Below are positions 17,796 to 24,916 of a stretch of 28,710 bases of DNA, piece by piece. Numbering within the stretch: position 1 is the stretch's first letter; every line of letters starts with the position of its first letter. Under the pieces are notes generated by a model. It worked only from the letters and a program-made list of their open reading frames with translations, was not told the DNA's origin and did no database searches. The stretch spans positions 1 through 28,710 of the forward strand of contig JANOKO010000260.1 of assembly GCA_031419335.1 (NCBI GenBank), given 5' to 3'. A program made the translations under genes and the position numbers. Origin of the DNA: Planctomycetota bacterium (GTDB taxonomy: Bacteria; Planctomycetota; Planctomycetia; Planctomycetales; Planctomycetaceae).

Positions 17796-18695
17796 TCAAT
17801 CGATCAAGTCGCGTAAATGGAAGTGGTGCTTCCCCAGCTTCCCGCCGTAGTTCCCGGCTGTGATTTGGTGGAGCCCAGGTAAACGGCAAGCGGCGTGCAA
17901 GCCAGCGCGCATGGCGGTCTTGACGAGTTCGAAGTTTTCTCCGTCGACGACCAATTCATAGACGGCGTTCGCTCCCTCGGGGAGTTCGGTCTTGGAGAGT
18001 GGGCGGAGCGTTGCACAATAGGCTTCGTTCGTGCTGGCCTTGAGCTTTTTATAGATCGAGCCGACCTTGCTGCCCGAACGGACGATGCCACCCGGGAAAG
18101 GGAGGATAACACCCGGTACAGCACACATGGCCTCGCTGGCCGCCGCCGCAGCGGCCAGGGCGAGAGCTGGAGTCTCCCCACAGAGGAGTAAGTTCCCGCC
18201 CCCCACACCGGTGAAGGTGCCGAACTTGTCGTCGCAGACGAACTCGCCGTCCATGCACGGGATGCGCCACATCCGCTGACCACCGAGCTTTTTCGAGGAC
18301 TGGAACCCGTCGCCGAAGAACCGCAGATTCCCGCCCACCGCGATTCGTTTTTCTGGGGGACACTCGGTCACCCCGTTGTAGCAAGCGGTCGTGGGGCAGG
18401 TCAGGATGCACTGCCCGATGCGGTTGGAAACCGCAGTCGAGAGTGCGTCGCGGTTGAAGGCAAACGCCAAGACCGTGGCTCCCGGTCGACCATCTGGCGT
18501 CGCCTCGGGAGGCAATATGCGCTCAATCGAGGCCTCGACATCACACCCGATCACGCTGGTCGCATTGCCACAGAACTCGTTGGCAGCCACGATCGCCCAC
18601 CGTTCGGAAACAGCGGTCACAATCAGACGAGTCCCCGAGAGAGAGAATGCCTCGGCAAACGTATCAACGATCTCCACTCCATGCAGTTGCATCAT
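17796..18695 (-). CDS. fhcD: Formylmethanofuran--tetrahydromethanopterin N-formyltransferase
   Basis: GVEIVDTFAEAF, ATSVIGCDVEA, TPDGRPG, RIGQCILTCPTTACY, LRFFGDGFQ, GVGGGNLL, GGIVRSGSKVGS, ASTNEAYC, YELVVDG and ITAGNYGGKLG are diagnostic. Start moved to MMQLHG at 18695. Confidence 0.95.
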   Translation of the reverse strand: MMQLHGVEIVDTFAEAFSLSGTRLIVTAVSERWAIVAANEFCGNATSVIGCDVEASIERILPPEATPDGRPGATVLAFAFNRDALSTAVSNRIGQCILTCPTTACYNGVTECPPEKRIAVGGNLRFFGDGFQSSKKLGGQRMWRIPCMDGEFVCDDKFGTFTGVGGGNLLLCGETPALALAAAAAASEAMCAVPGVILPFPGGIVRSGSKVGSIYKKLKASTNEAYCATLRPLSKTELPEGANAVYELVVDGENFELVKTAMRAGLHAACRLPGLHQITAGNYGGKLGKHHFHLRDLID

Positions 18696-18874
18696 CAGTC
18701 CGTCGTTCAGTCCACCAGACGATCTGCATCGCGAAAGCAGCACTGCTCCCGTCACTTGCGTCTGACGGCAGATTAAGGGGAGAGTCGGGGGGAGGGCAAG
18801 GTGAGCCGGTGATTGAGATCGAAAGGCCAGAGAGTCCATCCGTGGCTGACCCTCCTGCGCGGACTCCGATTGCC

Positions 18875-18891
18875 CGATTTTACAAAAATCG
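18875..18891. promoter_or_regulatory. Perfect 7-3-7 AT-rich palindrome between divergent fhcD and the SGNH-like gene
   Basis: CGATTTT-ACA-AAAATCG, 75 nt upstream of ATG 18966. Confidence 0.35.
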
Positions 18892-18965
18892 CCTACATTG
18901 AGGGTTGAGGGGCGGGGATGGTTTCCCCTTGCGCTCGCTGCCCGAAAGGAATCGACGGCGGCCCT

Positions 18966-20213
18966 ATGTGGCAATCATTGGGACGGAATCTGAAAGGGTT
19001 GCTGACAGCAGCGTGTCTGCTGACGTTCGTGATATGCATCGTGGAAATCGGCCTCCGGGTTGATCGTTTTCAGTCGGCGGTCTACTGCCAACCGGCGTTG
19101 TCCTCAGTCGATTTGTCCTTGGAAGAACAGTTAGTGGCTCCGAGTCTATCGACGTGGGTCGAGATGCTGCCGAATGCCAAAATCACGCTCAATCATCCCG
19201 ATACCGACGAACCGATCGCATTCTCGACGAATAGTTTTGGTGCCCGCGGACCCGAGCCGCTCGTTCCCAAACCGAAGGGTGTCCTCCGTGTCCTGTGCCT
19301 GGGTGATGAGACCACCGTGGCTGCAGAACTGCCCGTCGAGGACGCCTACCCCGCGCAATTGCAGGAACTGCTGACCGCGGCGATCGGCTCGAAGGTGGAA
19401 GTCATCAACGCGGGCCTCCCGGGCAGTTGCCCGCGCATCGCGGCTCTCCAACTGCGGCACCGCTTACTCGCCCTTCAGCCCGACTTGGTGGTCCTGCATT
19501 TCGATATGTCTGATGTGGCTGAAGATGCAGCGGTCCGGCGGTTTGTCTCTCTCGATCGTCAGGGGCATCCTACGCTGGCCACCCATCCCGTCACTCGCAA
19601 AGCCTGTCAGCTCAGACGCCCCAGGCTGTCCGATGAGTTCTTGGTGGTGCAGCAAGCCGAACAGCAATTGGCCAAGCTGTGGGACCGGGAGATGCCCTCG
19701 ACAGGGGAATCGATCATCGACCGCCATCAGCGCTATCGCTGGACCGCCGACGATTCCCCGGACCTGGAGGCCGAGATCGAGTCAGCGATGGCCCCGCTGG
19801 TGTCGATCCGTACTCTGTGCGAAGCCATGGGAGCTCGGCTGTTGGTCTCGACGACCCCCAAGCCGTGGCAGGTCAGTCCAAAGGCCAGCCACACTCCCGA
19901 GGCCAGAACCGTGAACGGGATCCCCCGGGACGCCTGCTGGACCCGTACCGCTCCCTTCAAGCGGCTGCTGGCTGCTTGCCAGACCTCAGAGATTCCATGT
20001 GTCGTGCCGCTCTCCGGGTTCCTCAATTCACCCCATCCAGAGCAACTGTTTCTCCGCAAGTCTCCGGGATTGTCAGCGCTAGGACACACGTTGTACGCGA
20101 ATGCGCTGGCCCGCTCGATCACGGGGGAGGCTCCGCAGGAATCAGCTGCGAGCCCGGAGATTGTGCCCGTGAAGGTCGAGGAGCCAGTCCAGAGTCCGGC
20201 GCCGCCGAACTGA
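18966..20213 (+). CDS. Membrane-anchored SGNH/GDSL-fold protein lacking canonical catalytic residues (415 aa)
   Basis: N-terminal TM ending EIGLR; TNSFGARGPE; RVLCLGDETT; VEVINAGLPG; LQPDLVVLHFDMSD; LSALGHTLYA. Start moved to MWQSLG at 18966. Confidence 0.8.
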   Translation: MWQSLGRNLKGLLTAACLLTFVICIVEIGLRVDRFQSAVYCQPALSSVDLSLEEQLVAPSLSTWVEMLPNAKITLNHPDTDEPIAFSTNSFGARGPEPLVPKPKGVLRVLCLGDETTVAAELPVEDAYPAQLQELLTAAIGSKVEVINAGLPGSCPRIAALQLRHRLLALQPDLVVLHFDMSDVAEDAAVRRFVSLDRQGHPTLATHPVTRKACQLRRPRLSDEFLVVQQAEQQLAKLWDREMPSTGESIIDRHQRYRWTADDSPDLEAEIESAMAPLVSIRTLCEAMGARLLVSTTPKPWQVSPKASHTPEARTVNGIPRDACWTRTAPFKRLLAACQTSEIPCVVPLSGFLNSPHPEQLFLRKSPGLSALGHTLYANALARSITGEAPQESAASPEIVPVKVEEPVQSPAPPN

Positions 20214-20222
20214 TCTCGCTGC

Positions 20223-21146
20223 ATGGCGGACAATTCAGTAGAAACCCAGCCCCGTTATGTACGACGGACAAAGGTGTCCGTCGTACGAGATACTCACCCC
20301 ATCGAAGACCGCATGCCCCAGACTCTCGACGCCCCGCTGACTCCCATTCATGCGCTGGGCCGCATGGTGCTGGAGGTCATGCGTTTGGTCGGTGACATCA
20401 CGCTCTTCGGCTGGCGGATGCTGGGGTGGCTGTTCGCGGGGTGGCCGCGCGGGAATGTCCTGTGGCCCATCTTGGACCAGATCGGCGTCCAGAGCCTGTC
20501 GGTGATTCTGATCACCGGGTCGTTTATCGGCATGGTGCTGACGGTCCAGGCGTACGACCAGTTCGCCCTGATGGGGATGGAGAGTCAGCTCGGTACAGTT
20601 GTCAACGTGACGCTGGTCAAGGAGCTTGGCCCGGTCCTCGCCGCGTTGATGCTGGCCGGTCGAGTCGGCAGCGCGATCGCCGCGGAACTCGGCACGATGC
20701 GCGTCACCGAGCAGATCGACGCCCTGACGGTCCTCGGAGCCAACCCGGTGGCCCATCTCGTGGTGCCCCGGTTCCTGGCCTGTGTGCTGCTCATTCCAGC
20801 ACTCACGCTGTTCGCCGACGGCATTGGTGTCCTCACCGGGTGGATCTTCAGTACACAAGTCCTGAACGTCGACAGTTACTACTACTGGCACTACTCGCGG
20901 GCGTTCGTCACGGGATTCGACGTGTTCCAGGGAATCGTTAAGAGCATCCTGTTTGGCGGGGCGATCGCCGTGATCTCTTGCCATCGCGGGTTCCACTCGG
21001 GGGCCGGAGCTGAGGGGGTCGGCCGTGCCGCCACCGAGGCGTTCGTCTTCTCGTTCGTCACGATCCTGGTGATCGACTTCCTCGTCGGGACATTCCTGAT
21101 GGAGGTCTACTTCCTGATCTTCCCCAGAACGTACTCGATGGGGTAA
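20223..21146 (+). CDS. mlaE: MlaE-family ABC transporter permease
   Basis: [64 protein letters not shown] and [14 protein letters not shown] motifs. 9 nt downstream of the SGNH-like stop; alternative start 20313. Confidence 0.95.
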   Translation: MADNSVETQPRYVRRTKVSVVRDTHPIEDRMPQTLDAPLTPIHALGRMVLEVMRLVGDITLFGWRMLGWLFAGWPRGNVLWPILDQIGVQSLSVILITGSFIGMVLTVQAYDQFALMGMESQLGTVVNVTLVKELGPVLAALMLAGRVGSAIAAELGTMRVTEQIDALTVLGANPVAHLVVPRFLACVLLIPALTLFADGIGVLTGWIFSTQVLNVDSYYYWHYSRAFVTGFDVFQGIVKSILFGGAIAVISCHRGFHSGAGAEGVGRAATEAFVFSFVTILVIDFLVGTFLMEVYFLIFPRTYSMG

Positions 21147-21287
21147 GGGGCAGCTCAGGAATATCATGCTCCTGTGCGGTTTGGGATGAGAGCCAAAATC
21201 GGAGGCTCCTAGCTTCAGGGGGCAGTCCGTGAGTCAAGTGTTGTTTTTCCTGGGAACCTGAGTTCGGGATCATTGCCAGTGATTTTT

Positions 21288-21416
21288 ACCACGAAACACA
21301 CGAAAACCGACGGAAGCTGTCCGACTCATCCACCCTGCAATCAAGCCACGGTTTGCAAACAGAAATTGGAGCGGGAGACAGGAGGTACCCTCCTCTTATT
21401 TCGTGTATTTCGTGGT
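21288..21416. repeat. 129-bp element bounded by 18-bp terminal inverted repeats (MITE/REP-like)
   Basis: ACCACGAAACACACGAAA (21288-21305) and TTTCGTGTATTTCGTGGT (21399-21416) are reverse complements with 1 mismatch. Internal hairpin AGGAGG-TAC-CCTCCT (21380-21394). No target-site duplication evident. Confidence 0.75.
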
Positions 21417-21514
21417 TCACCTCTGGTCCGCAGAGAGCGGTGCTTCAACCGATTTTAGGCTCCAACCCCCGCTCCGACTCGCGGTTGGATCGGAAGCGAA
21501 ACCGGAAAGTGCAT

Positions 21515-23059
21515 TTAGAATCGGTCGACGGTTTTATAGCTCCCTCCGCCTGAAGTGGGGGCGGCGGGAGGGGGATTGGGATGCACCCAGGTGGGGGTCT
21601 GAATACTCGGAAACACGGGACTCGACCCGCCCGCAGAGGCCGGACCGCTCCGACGCTGGATACTGCGATTGACCCCTGTCTGGAGTGCCGCACCAACCAC
21701 CTGCACCATCGCGTGTGCCAGCACATGCGTCAACGGGTGATTCACGATGTCCATCACCGTCGTTTCGGTCTGGGTCCGTTCAAACTCCTGATGCTGTTTG
21801 AGTTCTGACCAAAGAGCCTCGCGCGAGAGTCCCCCCTCGCGGAATCGCTCCAGCAGTGGGGAGATTTGCCAGCGGTCTTCGAAGTGGGAGCGCTCTTCCT
21901 CGAAGTTGGACTGCTCCATTCGGCGAGTGATGTATTCCAAACCGTCGCTGATTCCGGCGGAAGCCAAGACCGCTTGGGCAGACTGCTGCAACTGAGGCTG
22001 CAACTGGTTGATCTGCGCAGTGAGGGATTGAATGCGGGAAACGATTTCGTCGTCATGAGTGCTGGCGGTCCTCTGGGCTCTCTGCTCCAGCACCGCCGTT
22101 TCTGTGTCTTCCAGAAAAGCCCGATAGCGATCCAGGGCCTTGTGGTAGAACTGGCATTGCTCCTGGCTGATGGCAGCCAAGTCATTCTGGACTGTGGCTG
22201 TCAATTGACGGGACTGGGCCAGTTTTTCTTCCAGGCGGTCACGCTGTTCTTGAGACGTTTTCACTGTGTCGATAGCTTGAGTTAAGCCCACTTGCTGGTC
22301 GACCTCGTCTTCAATTCGCTCGATCTGTGCCATCCACTGATGGAACACCTCACGCCGTCGGGTAAGTTCATTTTGCATCAGGACCGGAGTGTTCTTCAGG
22401 AACTCATACCCACGTTTTGCGGTGGGATACCCGATCAATTCCGACACCCAACGATCCATGCGCCGAGTCCATCCTCGCTGGTTGTACTCGGGGGTGAGAA
22501 AGCGGCGGCGGTACAGGTACTGAAAGAGTGAGCTGTGCTCATAGGTCGGGAGTTTCTCGCGGGCTCCGGACTGCACATCGGCGACTCGCTGCTCATCTCG
22601 GTGTAAGGCTGCTTCCGCTTCCACGGCTTGTTTCGAGAGTGCTGGGAACTCTGCGTGGGATTGCAGTGTCGTCATCACGACGGATTGTAGCCGAGTTTGC
22701 TCGGCCAGGAGGAGATTCAGTTCCGCGTCGACCTGCGCCCGAGACTGAGACGACTCCAATTCCGCAGCCAGCAGTCGTTGAAGTCGTTCTTGGATTTCGG
22801 TGATCGACCGCTCTTTACCTTCGACGATGATGAGCAATTCGCGCTGAATCTCGGCGAAAGTCGACAGGATGGTCTCCCGTCGAAGATCAGGGAGGTCATG
22901 TTGGGCCAATTCGAGCAGGGCTGTCCCCCGCTCGGAGACGAGTTGCTCAATCTCAGTTGTGAGGTTCCGCTCCACACCACGAACTTGCTCCGCTTTCGCC
23001 CGAGCCAGTTCGTGGGCTTGGCGGATCTCTTGGAACACCTTGCTTCCGGGAATCGGCAT
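21515..23059 (-). CDS. Uncharacterised long coiled-coil protein (514 aa)
   Basis: E/Q/R/L-rich helical sequence interrupted by an aromatic segment KLPTYEHSSLFQYLYRRRFLTPEY...MDRWVSELIGY, ending in a Pro/Gly tail GGGSYKTVDRF. ATG 23059 preferred to TTG 23077. Confidence 0.85.
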   Translation of the reverse strand: MPIPGSKVFQEIRQAHELARAKAEQVRGVERNLTTEIEQLVSERGTALLELAQHDLPDLRRETILSTFAEIQRELLIIVEGKERSITEIQERLQRLLAAELESSQSRAQVDAELNLLLAEQTRLQSVVMTTLQSHAEFPALSKQAVEAEAALHRDEQRVADVQSGAREKLPTYEHSSLFQYLYRRRFLTPEYNQRGWTRRMDRWVSELIGYPTAKRGYEFLKNTPVLMQNELTRRREVFHQWMAQIERIEDEVDQQVGLTQAIDTVKTSQEQRDRLEEKLAQSRQLTATVQNDLAAISQEQCQFYHKALDRYRAFLEDTETAVLEQRAQRTASTHDDEIVSRIQSLTAQINQLQPQLQQSAQAVLASAGISDGLEYITRRMEQSNFEEERSHFEDRWQISPLLERFREGGLSREALWSELKQHQEFERTQTETTVMDIVNHPLTHVLAHAMVQVVGAALQTGVNRSIQRRSGPASAGGSSPVFPSIQTPTWVHPNPPPAAPTSGGGSYKTVDRF

Positions 23060-23083
23060 GAAAACACTCGATCCCAAAACGGC

Positions 23084-23317
23084 TCAGCGGGAGTTCGGCT
23101 TCGGGGCTCGCACTCGCACCCAGAGTCGCACGGCAATGCAACTCGCCAAGGCCATCGCCACGACACACGCCATGATCGGGAAAAGATGCACCGGCTCGGC
23201 GGCATGCCACGGGGAGGATGGTTCTGTGGCCCCGTGACCGGGATGGCCAAACACGGGCGAGGCCAGAGCCCCCACTGACAGAGATAGCAAAACAGACACG
23301 TACTTTTTGTGCAGCAT
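23084..23317 (-). CDS. Small signal-peptide + HPGHG + single-TM protein (77 aa)
   Basis: Signal peptide ending VFG, then HPGHG...WHAAEPVH, a hydrophobic TM and a basic tail. GGAAG upstream of ATG; ends 24 nt before the coiled-coil gene start. Confidence 0.7.
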   Translation of the reverse strand: MLHKKYVSVLLSLSVGALASPVFGHPGHGATEPSSPWHAAEPVHLFPIMACVVAMALASCIAVRLWVRVRAPKPNSR

Positions 23318-23336
23318 GATGACTTCCGTGCGGATC

Positions 23337-23353
23337 CGGTGATCAGATCACCG
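23337..23353. promoter_or_regulatory. Perfect 8-1-8 palindrome just upstream of the HPGHG gene (operator or 5'-UTR hairpin)
   Basis: CGGTGATC-A-GATCACCG, 19 nt upstream of ATG 23317. Confidence 0.45.
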
Positions 23354-23588
23354 CTTAGGGGTCAGCTTAGTGAATTCGTCACACTTCGTCCAAGCCCCGA
23401 ACTCGCTGATGGGGCCACGTACGTCGGCGATCCACCTTTCGCGATCAACAAGAAAAGTGTTTCGAGGTCTGATCCTGAGCGTTGCCCGTGAGCTAAGTTT
23501 GCATAACAAGCCGTCTTGGTTGACCTGCCTGTTGTGATAATCCCGTCAATCCTTTCAACCGGATCAGGCACACCCCTCCGATCACTCC

Positions 23589-23642
23589 TTCTCGGATTTC
23601 TGAGACTTCTCGGTGATCTCGGATTTCCGTGACTTCCAGGAA
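23589..23642. repeat. Six degenerate 9-nt tandem units
   Basis: TTCTCGGAT TTCTGAGAC TTCTCGGTG ATCTCGGAT TTCCGTGAC TTCCAGGAA. A second 9-nt-periodic patch AATCCCGTC AATCCTTTC AA lies at 23539-23558. Confidence 0.6.
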
Positions 23643-23710
23643 CATTAGGCTGAACCGGAATTGTCCCCGTTTCCCCATCCTTGCGACGAACCGGATTCTT
23701 GAACACCCCC

Positions 23711-24916
23711 ATGATCGCCCATCCGACAACGCTTGTTCTCACTGGCACATCGACCCAGGACCATCAGGGGTATGTCGCACAGCTACGCTCGTTTCCCTGC
23801 GAAACAAGTCCGGCGTTTGAGGCGGCGTGGCGAGACCTGGAGCGACGCAGTCTGTTGCGGAACCCATTTCTGTCTCCGTCGTTTCTCCTCCCACAGTGCC
23901 GGTCATGGGAGGAGTCCTCCTCGGCCCAATTGTTGACGATCATCGATGGGCAGGGGAGGTGGTTGCTGGCCGGACTCCTCGAACGAGTGTCCGGGACGCG
24001 CCAGTTGCCGTTGCCGCATATGCGTGCGGTTCGTTCACCCCACACTTACAAGACGGGACTCCTCGTCGATGCGACGCAGCGTGAGGCCGTTGTGCAGACG
24101 CTGTGGCAATTCCTTCGCCAGCATCACATGCACGGGCTTTCGTTTCCGATGTTTCCGTTGCAAAGCGAACTGGCGGGACTCTTAACGGAACGCTGCGAAC
24201 GGGATGGAAACGTTGTCACAGTCGAGGATCTTCATGTCAGGGCCACGGTGTCCCTGCACGATGGCTCTGGCATGTCGACTCGACGGGCCAGGAGTTTGCG
24301 GCGCGGTCGACGCGCCTTAGAAAAAATCGGACAAGTTTCACTGAGATTCGCGGGTTGCCCGGAGGGTGACCTGTCGGCAGTCGATCGGTTTCTATACCTG
24401 GAATCACTGGGCTGGAAAGGAGAGGCACAGTCCGCTCTCGCGTGTCGACCCGAGGATTCCGAAGCACTGAAGAGTCTGGCCCTCGGGCTGGCGACTCGTG
24501 ACCGCATTCGGTTTGCTGAACTCGTCCTTGATGAGCGTGTGATCGCCAGCATGTGCCTGCTGCGATCCGAGTCGGACTACTACGCCTTCAAAATTGGCTG
24601 GGATCCTCTGTTTGAACGTGGTTGCCCTGGGTTTCTCCTGGCGTCCGAAATCCAGGACAATCTCGCCCAACTCCCTCGTTGTGAACGGATCGACAGTTGT
24701 TCTCAACCGGGCAGCTTCCTCGATCATGTCTGGCCGGGACGCAAAGAGTTCGGCACAGTCTTGTTTACGACAACCCGCTGGGGATCGACCGCAGCCAAGG
24801 GTACGCGAGGGATTCGAGACTTGTTTCGCCAACTGCGTGGTCGAACTGTCTCAAGCAATATCGCAGCCCAAGTGCAGCTCGAAGAGTCCACACATCTTCA
24901 CCAGGAGCAGACATGA
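23711..24916 (+). CDS. GNAT-family protein, CelD/BcsL (Acetyltransf_6) type
   Basis: RNPFLSPSFL, RRGRRALEKIGQV, FLYLESLGWKG, YAFKIGWDPLFERGCPGFLL and IDSCSQPG motifs. ATG 23711 (TTG 23681 possible). Confidence 0.85.
   Translation: MIAHPTTLVLTGTSTQDHQGYVAQLRSFPCETSPAFEAAWRDLERRSLLRNPFLSPSFLLPQCRSWEESSSAQLLTIIDGQGRWLLAGLLERVSGTRQLPLPHMRAVRSPHTYKTGLLVDATQREAVVQTLWQFLRQHHMHGLSFPMFPLQSELAGLLTERCERDGNVVTVEDLHVRATVSLHDGSGMSTRRARSLRRGRRALEKIGQVSLRFAGCPEGDLSAVDRFLYLESLGWKGEAQSALACRPEDSEALKSLALGLATRDRIRFAELVLDERVIASMCLLRSESDYYAFKIGWDPLFERGCPGFLLASEIQDNLAQLPRCERIDSCSQPGSFLDHVWPGRKEFGTVLFTTTRWGSTAAKGTRGIRDLFRQLRGRTVSSNIAAQVQLEESTHLHQEQT

Noticed and set aside
17796-18974. 93-aa N-terminal extension of FhcD
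   Set aside because: FhcD homology begins at MMQLHGVEIVDTFAEAF, and the extension would overlap the divergent gene's promoter and start.
23470-23510. CAAACTTAGC on the minus strand resembling the 5' end of a NiCo riboswitch upstream of the HPGHG gene
   Set aside because: The following AGGC, GGGCC and GGCAACAG elements are absent.
23356-23530. Fragments resembling a cobalamin riboswitch on the plus strand (GTGAATTC, GCCCCGAACT, AAGCCG...GACCTGCC)
   Set aside because: The GGGAA and GGGAAG elements are missing, the B12-box spacing is wrong (8 nt), and it faces a GNAT gene rather than the His-rich gene. A cmsearch with the Rfam cobalamin models would settle it.
23589-23642. Short direct repeats considered as a CRISPR remnant
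   Set aside because: The units are 9 nt, contiguous and without spacers, and there are no cas genes.
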